From the NCBI GenBank assembly GCA_040954595.2, contig CM082588.2, positions 7,982,844 through 8,046,843 on the forward strand: 64,000 bases of DNA, written 5' to 3'. Made by a program: the position numbers and the translations under genes. Position 1 is the stretch's first letter, and every line of letters starts with the position of its first letter. Below are positions 1 to 12,300 of this stretch, in pieces. The stretch comes from Balanoglossus misakiensis (lineage: Eukaryota; Animalia; Hemichordata). The notes beneath the pieces were generated by a model that was not told the DNA's origin, ran no database searches, and worked only from the letters and a program-made list of their open reading frames with translations.

Positions 1-469
1 TCCCCGGTTGCGGACAACCATATATTTATTTTTGTTTATATGTACTTGCATACTAGTATTTTGCGCCAATGTCAGTGGCCTTCACATTTGAAATCGTAGC
101 CCCCAAACATCGATTTGTTGGACTTTTCTACCCATATGATATAAAGTTACGAGAAACTTCATCTGATTGTATCATTCTAACCACTTAACTCTAGCACTCA
201 AAATATTTCAAGTGAGTTTCACATATACATATACATGGAACGGTAAGGCCACTGTGCCAAGCCTCTGTTAGTCGTAGTTAAGAGTTCAGACTGCGTGTTT
301 GTGAGTTGCAGACAGAGTTGGAATTTGCGCCTGGTTTTTAGCAAATGTGAACATTTTAGTGTATCACCAACACTGTTCGAGGTAATCTTGGAAGTGGAGA
401 TCTTCATATATCTGCGCCCAAGTGCTTCCAGAACTGGAGTCAAGTTGTGTTTTGTGATATCGTACAAAG

Positions 470-3400
470 ATGGCGACTGGTGGTGCCTTTATAACCACAC
501 CCGAAAAGGTGAATCACGCTAAACTTTGTCGACTACTTATTGACGGCGGATCTAAAGCGGTGAGATGTGTATTTGACAGCAAGATTCCACCTAATCTGCT
601 TGCGAAAACTCTTAACAAGCATAAGGCATCGTTAGAGAAACTACGAATGTCGTATAGAGGACCTAATCCAGGTCAAAAGGTTATCAGTGTTGGCCAGTGG
701 GATCTGTTATACCCAACCCAACCCAACCTTGTCAAGTCTCAATATTTCGACATTACATTGCTCACAGTTTTATTACGGAATATCTGTGGCCTTCGACATC
801 CAAGAGATAGAGTGTGGACACATCCCTTCCCTGGTGATCTCCGTGTTGAAGCTGATGTGGCCCGAATAAGAGAGTTCAGGAATAGACTTCAACACATGAC
901 GGGCACAGCTGTCCCTGAGAGCGAATTTCAATCTTTCTGGGATGACATTAGTAAAGTACTGGTACGTCTTGGCGCTAAGCAGGGAGATATCAGTCAGTTG
1001 AAGACTGCGAGTATGGGCCTTGCAGAGACAGACAAATACGAACAAACTTTAAAGGACTGGGAAGAATCCGACATGGTGCTGGAAAAGTTCCTACAGCGTA
1101 TGGAAGAGAAAATTGGTGATCAAACTCAACATCTTGGTCAGATATCAGAGACACAGACTGGCCATAGCAGTACTTTGGCTGATATCGAACAGAACCAACG
1201 GGAGAACCAACAAGAAACGACTCAACATCTTGGTCAGATATCAGAGACACAGACTGGCCATAGCAGTACTTTGGCTGATATCGAACAGAACCAACGGGAG
1301 AACCAACAAGAAACGATTCAACATCTTGGTCAGATATCAGAGACACAGAGTGGCCATAGCAGTACTTTGGCTGATATCGAACAGAACCAACGGGAGAACC
1401 AACAAGAAACGACTCAACATCTTGGTCAGATATCAGAGACACAGAGTGACCATAGCAGTACTTTGGCTGATATCGAACAGAACCAACAAGAAACGACTCA
1501 ACATCTTGGTCAGATATCAGAGACACAGACTGGCCATAGCAGTACTTTGGCTGATATCGAACAGAACCAACGGGAGAACCAACAAGAAACGACTCAACAT
1601 CTTGGTCAGATATCAGTGACACAGACTGGCCATAGCAGTACTTTGGCTGATATCGAACAGAACCAACAAGAAACGACTCAACATCTTGGTCAGATATCAG
1701 AGACACAGAGTGGCCATAGCAGTACTTTGGCTGATATCGAACAGAACCAACGGGAGAACCAACAAGAAACGACTCAACATCTTGGTCAGATATCAGTGAC
1801 ACAGACTGGCCATAGCAGTACTTTGGCTGATATCGAACAGAACCAACGGGAGAACCAACAAGAAACGACTCAACATCTTGGTCAGATATCAGAGACACAG
1901 AGTGGCCATAGCAGTACTTTGGCTGATATCGAACAGAACCAACAAGAAACGACTCAACATCTTGGTCAGATATCAGAGACACAGAGTGGCCATAGCAGTA
2001 CTTTGGCTGATATCGAACAGAACCAACAAGAAACGACTCAACATCTTGGTCAGATATCAGAGACACAGACTGGCCATAGCAGTACTTTGGCTGATATCGA
2101 ACAGAACCAACGGGAGAACCAACAAGAAACGACTCAACATCTTGGTCAGATATCAGAGACACAGACTGGCCATAGCAGTACTTTGGCTGATATCGAACAG
2201 AACCAACGAGAGAACCAACAAGAAACAACTCAACATCTTGGTCAGATATCAGAGACACAGACTGGCCATAGCAGTACTTTGGCTGATATCGAACAGAACC
2301 AACGGGAGAACCAACAAGAAACGACTCAACATCTTGGTCAGATATCAGTGACACAGACTGGCCATAGCAGTATTTTGGCTGATATCAAACAGAACCAACG
2401 GGAGAACCAACAAGAAATGATTCAACATCTGGTTGACATCAAAGAAGGCCCCAAGACTTCACATACCAGTGAGTCAAGAACATGTGTTCCAGGTAATAAT
2501 TAAGATTGACAAGTTGAATGCATTTCTATGGCTGAAATCTACAATCTTGTAGGTTTTTTAGAATTTGTATAATTTTTGGTCAAACTTAATTTTTCCTTCA
2601 TGGTCTCATAAATTATATGTGCAGATAAGAACTCTTATTCCAATTTGGTCAGATGACCCTGAGGGCCAATCTGGGTTAGCTCATTTCACATCTCAAGTCT
2701 TACGTCATAATCATACATTGCATAGACCATTTATAAGCAAGTTTTATACTTATTTTTGCAATATATGAGAATGAGAATAATCAGGAAATCTAGATAATTA
2801 CAATCCCACTTTTCTGGGGAGTCCAAAATCTTGTTAGGTGGTGACATCTTGGGTTTTTGCCGCCAGTTATTTAAAGGGACAAAGACTCTCTCTCAATTCC
2901 CCTTTTCCATTAATAAATGTTTGATACACGACACTGTTTATGTACATGTATATAGTGAATCAACGTTCGACCGCACACAACTTCCATCTCACTTGTATGA
3001 TATGAGAGCAACAAATCTCACCAAAATGAATATGGTCGAATGTTGATTCACTATATATACACATGTAGAATAACATAAACAGTGTCTTGTATCAAATATA
3101 ATTAATGGAAAAAGGGCAGCGAGAGTGAGACTTTAATGTCCCTTTAATGGCGACATCATGGTTGCTTAGTTTGAAAAAAGATTCTGTTGTACACCACCAT
3201 TAAAAATAACTTTTTCTATAAATTCTCTCCTTTATCTCAAGATGCTTCCTGTGCTTGGTGCAACTGTAAGAGTGATAATCTCAAGAAGTTTATACGCTGT
3301 TGTGCACTGATGTATTGTGGGAAAGACTGCCAGAAACAACACTGGATGAAAGGTCACAGAGAAGAATGCAAAGGTACAATTGATCATTTTCTGAACTCCA

Positions 3401-6400
3401 CGTGACCCCACGAGATTTCACGTAGCTAAACAATTTATATGGGAGGACATTCCCCTGGCACAGGGCAAACAATTAACATCTCCCACCATATTCAATGGCA
3501 CAAACAATTTCCTTTTTTGTTAAACTCTGCATTCACCTATTCTAATTTCTTAGCTACCAACCCGTTGCTATGGTAATTAACCAAGTCTCAGGAGATTTCT
3601 CAATGAGCTGGAAATCATCATTGTTAAAGTCTGAAGCTATATTCTAGTTACATACCAAGCTAGATAGTATGAAAATATTCACAAACACCTTTTAGTCCGT
3701 GTAAGAACTTATGAATAAGATACTGAAAATTTCCATGTTTCACGCATAATGTTTGTATTCACATGTGCTGAGCTGTCTGTCAAAAAGCTGGGGGTAATCA
3801 CGACATGACCCTGCCTATGTGGAACATAATATGTGGTTCATATACTACAGTAGTTGTGGCTCATAATACTTCTAGTATACCATATGTAACCCCTGACTAT
3901 ATTATACTTAGTACAATGATGTTTTACAGCTTGTGAAAATAGTAAACTAAATCTGCAATACAAAAGTCATACTATCAATATTTCATTGTTTTTTTCTTAC
4001 AGATACTTCTGCAGGGTTTGAGTGGCTGAAAGACCATCTCAAAGAATTGTACAGCCATGACTTTGACAAGTTCCAACCGTTGCCATGGAGTGAAAACTTC
4101 TCACTTCATTTATCTGATGTCTATACCCGACTGAAGATGGTAGAGGTTGATGAAAGGGGTAAGATCATTGAGGACAATAAAGCAAAGAACACTGTAGATT
4201 ATGAGAGGGCAATATTTGAAGCAGATAGAAGAGGAGTGAGACCCCGTAGAATAAGAATTGAAGGACCTCCAGCTATTGGCAAGTCAATGTTTTCTAGAAA
4301 GCTGGCCTACAACTGGGCTTGTGGAAAATTAGAGCAATTTAAATTAGTCTTTCTGTTGGAAATGAGATATTTGAGTAAAGAATCAATCATAGAAACCATA
4401 TTTGATCAATTACTTCCTGATGATGCAGAAATTTCCAGAGATGAGCTTGACAAGGTTCTGAAAAGGAATGCAGATTCTGTGCTGTTCCTTTGTGATGGTT
4501 TGGATGAAATGTGTAAGGATTTCAAGGAAAGTTCCGATATTAGTCGGATTATTGCAAAGAAATTATTGCCAAGATGTACAGTAGCTATCACAACCAGGCC
4601 CCATGAATGTGACACACAGCTGAAAAACTGTGATTCACATTATCACATAGAGGGCTTCACAGCGAGTGACTGTGGGGAATATATCATGAAGTACTTCAAG
4701 CATGAGTTTCAGACATGTGTGAATATGATCGAAAATTTAGAACAAAATCTCATGTTTAAATGGTTGGATGATTTCCTTAGTAATCCCTTACATGTTTCAT
4801 TTCTTTGTGTACTGTGGGAGGATCATCAAGATGGTGACCATTTCCCAACTAGAGTGACAGAGTTGTATTTTGAAGTATTGCAGTGTATTTTGAAGAGGTA
4901 TTGTTCCAAGACCGGAGTCAGTCTTGATGAACAAGGAGAAGTACCCGTTGATATCATGGCTGATGTAAATAAACTGGCTGCCATTGCTTATAATTATCTG
5001 AAACAGGGAAAACTACTCATAAATGAGGTAGATGTGATGCCAACATGGCTCTTGTCACTAGGGTTACTTGTGCGTGATTGCGGTGTATCTCGCACAAAAC
5101 CAAAGAAAGTTTGTTTCTTCTGTCACAAAACTTGGCTGGAATATTTTGCTGCTTTACATATTGCTGAATGTGTAAAGGATACTGCTTCCTTTGATGAGTT
5201 TCAATTTCTATCTCACGACATTAACCGCAATTTCCAAGTCTTTGTATTTCTGACTGGCACTCTGAAGGAGAAAGCTGGTCCAGTATTTAAGGAAGTTGGG
5301 ATGGAGACGTGCAAGTCTACATATGGTTATGACCTTAAGTTTAGAATGGACAGCTATATAGCTTTCTTACATGAAAGTGTCAATTATCGTGCATTTTTCA
5401 AATTCATAGAACCCATCCTTTATCAATTTAAGCGTTTCATTTGTAATACTTCATTTTATTATAGAGCAAGAGCAATGGTTGTAATTTCTATGTCTTCACC
5501 ATCACCATTTATTCCAAGTGACGATTTGAATTTGCATACATTGTATTATGAAGGTAGTTACTTGATGATAATCATTGATATGCTGAAGTATGAACACTCA
5601 TGTGAAAGTAGACCCAAATTTAATAAAATTCTCTGGTTAGATATCAACAATATGCAATCATCAGATATTTTCTATTTGGCAGAGGCACTGGAGAAGAATC
5701 TCATTTCTCTTGAATGGCTTGTGTTGAATGTGACTTCATCCAGTGGCAAGAATCTGCTCCAGTTGGCAAAAACTACCAGAGAAACCAAAGCGGTACAAAA
5801 CATTTATATCAATATATATGATAGGGATAATGTTGTTGACAGCACTCCCAATGAAAAATGTAAGCAAGGCACCTCAAATAAAGAAACAGATTTGACATCA
5901 CGCACTTTAAGAAACCTTATTGAAAATGCTGTGAAAAATAAGCATATTGATTGTTTGTCATTGCATACAGTTGACCTGTCTGACGATCAATGGGAGAATA
6001 TTGATAACATTGTTCCATATAAGTCATTGAAACAGGCCAGGCACTTTCATAATTTTGTGGAAATCGAAACAGGTTTAAATAGCGTATTATTGAAAGTTGC
6101 TGATATGCTTGAACACTGTCAATCTACCAAGCTTTGTCATTTTGTACTTTTTGATAGTGACAGATATTCTGCCATTGAGAACAAGACTGCAAGAGCTTTG
6201 TTAAAAGCTGTACAAAATATCAGCAAAACAATTCAATCTCTTGGCTTGTTTGTCACATCAGAATTTTTAGATATACCCGAAGATTGTGATGTTCAATCTG
6301 GATTTTTGCCTATATCTCATGTTGTGAATGAGATTTTACACATTTTGATGTCTAACACCACATTAGAGGATCTTAAGTTATTTATAGAGAATGACAATGT

Positions 6401-6857
6401 TGATGCTGTATTGAAGTTTATTCAATGTAATAAGTATGTCAAGTCACTGTCCTTTGCTCTGTATCAGTCCAGAATGAGCATAGACCGTTTATGTTCAGCT
6501 CTCTGTGCTGCTTTGAGTTCCAATACAACTCTGGAAAGCTTTGCGCTGCATATGTGTGATCAGTCAGATGCAAGGTTTAGTATCCCTGAAGTTTCCAAGG
6601 AGCATAAATATGTAAGTCAATTGATTTTACCAACACATAGATTATTGTGTGATGGAAAAACTGCATTGAAGACGATTTTATTTACTTTTCCATCATTTAG
6701 TCCAGAACGCAGGGATGATATTGTCAATGTCATGACCGAGTATTTTAAAGGAAATGTTTCAGGGTCATACCAATACCCGTACACTGTGAAGAGGTCGATC
6801 AATTTCTTTTATGACATGTATATTCACACTCTTAAAGTATCCATCAGTGGACCCTAG
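470..6857 (+). CDS. NLR-type protein, ~1669 aa, 3 coding exons (470-2492, 3242-3373, 4003-6857): DZIP3-like HEPN + tandem-repeat coiled coil + MYND finger + NACHT + degenerate LRR-like C-terminus
   Basis: ATG at 470 in aagATGG context. Donors CCAG|gtaata (2492) and AAAG|gtacaa (3373); acceptors ctcaag| (3242) and ttacag| (4003). Both introns are phase 1 and the spliced frame is open to TAG at 6857. NACHT motifs: Walker A IEGPPAIGKS, Walker B VLFLCDGLDE, sensor ITTRP, NPLHVSFLC, winged-helix FCHKTWLEYFAA. Confidence 0.9.
512..975 (+). other. DZIP3-like HEPN domain (putative RNase effector) of the NLR
   Basis: Motifs NHAKLCRLLIDGG, QWDLLYP, FDITLLTVLLRNICGL, ADVARIREFRNRLQH and FWDDISKVLVRLG match the HEPN_DZIP3 pattern as I recall it. 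Rx4H (RNRLQH) is encoded at 878-895. Confidence 0.8.
1127..2422 (+). repeat. Coding minisatellite: 14 near-identical units (10 x 96 bp/32 aa, 4 x 84 bp/28 aa)
   Basis: Unit QHLGQISETQ(T/S)GHSSTLADIEQNQ(RENQ)QETT; order L L L S L S L L S S L L L L; total 1296 bp. Confidence 0.97.
2875..3143. mobile_element. Near-palindromic non-autonomous DNA transposon, family A (TTAA TSD, AGG...CCT ends; Kolobok-like)
   Basis: TTAA|AGGGACAAAG...GTCCCT|TTAA with long imperfect inverted arms; about 10 related copies in this window. Confidence 0.75.
3242..3373 (+). other. MYND zinc-finger cassette exon (132 bp, phase 1-1) of the NLR
   Basis: Translation DASCAWCNCKSDNLKKFIRCCALMYCGKDCQKQHWMKGHREECK contains the YCxxxCQxxHWxxxHxxxC MYND signature and is flanked by AG/GT. 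Confidence 0.85.
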
Positions 6858-7255
6858 AGAATTATAAATGCCACATTTGCATAAGATGCATTCTGCTATA
6901 TAGGGGAAACTCCATGAAAAATTGTAAACTTTACATATTTTTTTACATACACTTACCTGGTAATAAAATATACCAGGTAACAGACTATACTACAGACATC
7001 AATACTTGCACAGTTAGACAAACTGACGAGGAATTTTCAATATACTGTATCCAGATGGAAATATAACCAATTTACTAAGGACACAAAGTGAACAAATAAA
7101 CAGAATTTGATTTGTTCACTTTATAACAGTACTATAATCAAATATTTACCATGAAGTGTTTTTCTTGACCGGAACTATGACAAATTCAAAAGGCTTATGA
7201 GTTCCACAGATTTACGGGTATTATTGAATATTTGCAAGTATGTTTATAAAGCTAT

Positions 7256-8167
7256 GGCTGTGAGAAGAACAGCCACTTATAGGATGAATAAGATTGTTCA
7301 ACTTTCTTTGTATTTGTGTAGTCAGCATTCAATTTGTATTTGTGTGATGTATTACTTTATTTGAGAACTGGATGTTCTCCTTGCATTTGGACCTGTGGTC
7401 TTCAAACGCAAAAAATTACTATTATTATTACTGGCTGTGAGAAGAGCAGCCACTTGCCACTCATAGAGTGTATAATATTGTTCAACTTTCTTTGTATTTG
7501 TGTAGTCAGCATTCACTTTGTATTTGTGTGATGTATTACTTTATTTGAGAACTGGATGTTCTCCTTGCATTTGGACCTGAGGTCTTCAAACGCAATAAAT
7601 TACTATTATTATTACTGGCTGTGAGAAGAGCAGCCACTTGCCACTCATAGAGTGTATAATATTGTTCAACTTTCTTTGTATTTGTGTAGTCAGCATTCAA
7701 TTTGTATTTGTGTGAGGTATTACTTTATTTGAGAACTGGATGTTCTCCTTGCATTTGGACCTGAGGTCTTCAAACGCAATAAATTACTATTATTATTACT
7801 GGCTGTGAGAAGAGCAGCCACTTGCCACTCATAGAGTGTATAATATTGTTCAACTTTCTTTGTATTTGTGTAGTCAGCATTCAATTTGTATTTGTGTGAT
7901 GTATTACTTTATTTGAGAACTGGATGTTCTCCTTGCATTTGGACCTGAGGTCTTCAAACGCAATAAATTACTATTATTATTACTGGCTGTGAGAAGAGCA
8001 GCCACTTGCCACTCATAGAGTGTATAATATTGTTCAACTTTCTTTCTATTTGTGTAGTCAGCATTCACTTTGTATTTGTGTGATGTATTACTTTTTTTGA
8101 GAACTGGATGTTCTCCTTGCATTTGGACCTGAGATCTTGAAACGCAAAAAATTACTATAATTATTAC
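7256..8167 (+). repeat. Tandem repeat, ~5 copies of a 184-bp unit, downstream of the NLR stop
   Basis: ggctgtgagaag unit starts at 7256, 7433, 7617, 7801 and 7985; the first copy is diverged. Confidence 0.93.
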
Positions 8168-8787
8168 GAAGGACACAATTTGTATGTAAGGAAATATGCA
8201 GAGAGTAGCAGAATATTTATTTAAACCAAGTGACACACTTTTGTAAGACACATTCCTGTACAGATTCAATTTAGTTCTGTTTCTTACCTCTCTGACAAAA
8301 TGCCAACATTTGCTGGAAATTGTACGAGACTTATCAAGTTTGGAGATGGCACAACAAGAGTTGATATATCTTAACTCATTGTTATGCATTTGCTTATTTC
8401 TATTTATTGCTTTACTTCATTGTTTTTTATTGAAATGTTTTTTTCTTAATTTCTATAGAACCTGTAAATGAGACTTGTTCCATTTGGTCTTCCTTGAAAT
8501 AAATAAAGTCTGAGAAGAAAGCAATTCTGAAAAATCCATTTGCTTTATTTGGTCTAAACTAGTTTTTTGGGGGGTTGACAAAGGAAATACACTTGTATTG
8601 CAAAATGGTATTTTTTGGTGCACATTTAACGCAGAAACAGTTGACCTTGGAAATCTTCATTGGATTCCCAACAAATTTTCTCAAAAAACAACAGAAAATA
8701 CTAGTTGTAGGTATTTGGATGTTTTCTCAGCGATCTTTCAAAAATTCTCAAAAAAAGAAGAGATACCGTCGTATAAAACTGTGTTAA

Positions 8788-8948
8788 AGGTATACAGTCA
8801 CCTCCAATTTACAAACGCCCATATATGGCTGAAATGGCGTTCTAAAGAACATATGGTGGCGCTCTTTATTTAGGCTGTGCCACCCTCTGAAAATCTGTGA
8901 TTGGCTAGATCTCAATTTGCCATGGTAACTGTAGCTAACTGTATACCT
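8788..8948. mobile_element. Small MITE with TTAA TSD and AGG ends (Kolobok-like)
   Basis: TTAA|AGGTATACAGT...ACTGTATACCT|TTAA. Confidence 0.7.
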
Positions 8949-9321
8949 TTAATTACTTGAGCTGCCACAAGATTGCCTCAGTTTTTTTGCTAAGGCCGGG
9001 AAACACTGGTAAATGAGTTGGGAACCCTGTCAACGCTTCTGCTAGCTACCAATATGACTGCATTGACATACAAAGGGGAACCGTGGTAAAATGACTGGGG
9101 AACCCCGGTAACATTTATCTGGCTACTGCCCTTAACAAAAACACTGCACTTTCTCTGCTATTTCAGTCCAAAGAACAATTACACCAGGAAAAATACATGT
9201 GTCAATTAACGTCCTTAAAAATAGAAAACATTGCAAGGGTTTCCTGAGCTAGTCCATTCTCATGTTCAAAATGGAGTAGTGCAATTTTTTTTCTCCCAAA
9301 TGGGGGACTGGTGGTGTTCCT

Positions 9322-12300
9322 TCAGTAAAATGAAAAACAATTCTGGCTCCTCCCATCATTTGTGTACTTGTACGCACAGTCCAACATATATTTCAGTCTT
9401 CTGTACATCTGCAAGAGAAAAAGACATGTATTCAAAGTCCATGAGCTGTACGTTTATGATTTTTTGAAATTATTGAGATCTTTGTATCAAGAATAGTTTC
9501 TCCTCAACAAATTTAAACATCATGAAATGCTCACTGTTTATCAACACAGTTCATGTCTGTGCATGCAGTCAGCATTGTTTGTTTGTGAACACTTGAATTC
9601 ATTTCTCCAGAAACACTTACCACCAGTATTAATTACTTGTACACAGACTATGTTAACAAGCAGAACACTTTTGAGCATAATGAAAATGAAGTCAAATTAT
9701 AAAGCTACTGGCCAATTAAAAAGTATTACACCAATTGGCGTACACTTGAGTATTTGTCATAAAAATAAATTACGTACATGAATGTCTCAAATAAACACAG
9801 TTGGTGATAGTGATAAGTATATCATTGGTGGCTGTGAAAATAATGTATAAGGGACAAAGTCTCTCTCTCACTGCCCTTTTCCCATAAGTTGGAGACAGAT
9901 TATTCATGTTGGCAAGTTTTTCACTCTCGTGTCTACAACTTACAAGTAGGATGGAAGTTGTGTGTGGTTGAACGCGGATTCACTATATATCCACATGTAG
10001 AATAATATCAACAGTGTCTTGTATCAAACATAATCAATAGAAAAAGGGCAACGAGAAAGAGACTTTGTCCCTTTAATGTGTGGTAGTTTCATAATATACG
10101 TACAGCATCAACCCATGTATCATCCTCCATGGTCAGTTCAATAATCTGGTCTCTCTTGATCTGTGGCCTTACAAGTCTCAACATCTCCACCTGACCAGAA
10201 ATGTAAGAAACAACATGATTGGCTGATTGACAGTGGATGACAGTGGATGTATTCAGTCTCGGCAAATAGGAAAGCAGTGATGGCCGCTTACTGAAAATGA
10301 GGGGAGACAACAAGACAAGTCATGAAGCTTGCTGAGAGGGCAACAACTAGGTGGCCCTCTGACTCAAACATTACTAGTCTGGTCCCCTGCCCCATTCCCA
10401 CCACCTGGCCCGCATATTATCATGAAACAAAGACCACGTGATCATAAACAAGATGGATGCCTCCAATGTCCGTACGCCAATGAGAGCCATGTTTACAAAC
10501 ACCCGTGCCTGACCCTTTCCTTTGGCGTAGCGCAGCCAGTGATGGGAATGGGGCAGGGGACTAGACTAGGGACGTGCGGGGGGGTGGGGGGGGGACAGAG
10601 CGTCATCGAGAGATAGTCACTAATTTTCATTTTTGCCCTTGAATGTGTATTGAGAAGTGTTGGATTAATCATGAAAAAAAAACGGAAAAACATTACTAGT
10701 CTGGTCCTCTGCCCCATGTATGGCTGAAAAGGTTACACTATATGAGTTTCAAAGTGTTATCTTCTTGTTCTTTATGTTTGTATTTTGTTCATGAAAGAAG
10801 TTACTTGGCAGATATTGTCTTTCCACTGATACATGTGCAAACAATAACCCTTTATTAACCCCCAATTCCCTATATAGAGGTCCAACCTTCCCATAGAAAA
10901 CAATAGGTTTGGACTGAACCATGGTGATGAAAAGGTTAAAAGAATTAATTCACACCTTCCCCTGACACTCTCGGAAGAGATTCCACTTGAAATGATGCAG
11001 TGTGTGGTAGAGGCTGGATCTTCTGAAGCAAAATCTTCCAACAAAATATCTCTGATTGAGGAAACAAACAAAATACAGTTTAAAGGGGAATACTAGTCTA
11101 GCAGGTTTGTTTAATGACATGAAAAATATCTTTGGCAACTAGGGTCCATATTATGGGATATAAGGAACCAAGAGAAAGAGTTGTTATGGGATCATAACAC
11201 ATCACTGATTAAAGGGACAAAGTCTCTCTCTCGCTGCCCTTTCTCCAATAATTATGTTCGATACAGGACACCGTTTATGTCATTCTACTTGTGGATATAT
11301 AGTGAATCAACGTTCGACCGCACACAGCTTCCATCCCGCTTGTAGGATATGAGAGTAAAAACTCGCCCAACATGAATAAATGGTAGAGAATGATTATTCA
11401 TTTTGACATCATACAGACATCATGCGAATAAAATCTTGTTTCTTCCATGAAATTCCACGAGTGGTACACCAGGATTTTGGTAAGCAACAGGGAACTTTCA
11501 AATGTAGGTTTATTGATGAATACTGTAAAACAGGAAATTTTCACAAACAATAATTTTTTTGCTAACTACGTGAAAGCTTTAAGAAACGTGAAAATAAAAA
11601 GTCGCATAAAAATGTTTTTCCGTGATAACGATGCAGTGAAATACGAGAATGCAAAAATTAATCATCACGTGATATTTGCTGATTTTGATATGGTCAACAT
11701 TTTCTGTCGCAAAAAAATTCCCGTTTTACAGTAATCATATCAGCTGTGTGTGCGACAAACTTGTGCCTTGTGAAATGGATGCAGGTCGAAAAGACTCTTA
11801 CCCGATTTCCCATGAAAGGACTTTCATCATCAGAATCTGAAGAATCATCGCTGCTGTCTAGAGTTTCAAGTGTGTTAAGTGTTGTATGGTGGTCCACTGA
11901 GATACACTTTCACGGAGACAAAGCGTCCTCTTAATTTGCATGCCTGGTGAGAAGTATTCAAATGAGACAAAGTACCGTAAAACGGGAAATTTTAGCGAAA
12001 GGAATTTTTTTGTGAACTACGCAAGAGCCACAAAAACACAAAAAATAAAAGGTCAGATAAAAATGTAACGATGCAGTGAAATATAAGTACGCGAAAATTA
12101 ATTGTAAAAACAGTTGCTTTTGATATCACGAAAATCTCCTGTCACGAAAATTTCCCGTTTTACAGTATTATAACAATGACGTTAAGACTTCCAAGCAATG
12201 TGCAGTATGAGTAGACAAACTTGTACAGAAAAAAGGTGCAATTTCATTACACACACATCTAAGTTACCTATAAGGATGATGAAACTGTAGTAATGTTTAA

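Noticed and set aside
990-2354. 454-aa antisense ORF and alternate-frame ORFs over the NLR repeat
   Set aside because: By-products of a stop-free repeat whose unit lengths are multiples of 3; no independent coding signal.
7256-8167. CRISPR-like appearance of the tandem arrays (also 1127-2422 and 15981-16484)
   Set aside because: Head-to-tail units with no unique spacers, no cas genes, and a eukaryotic context.
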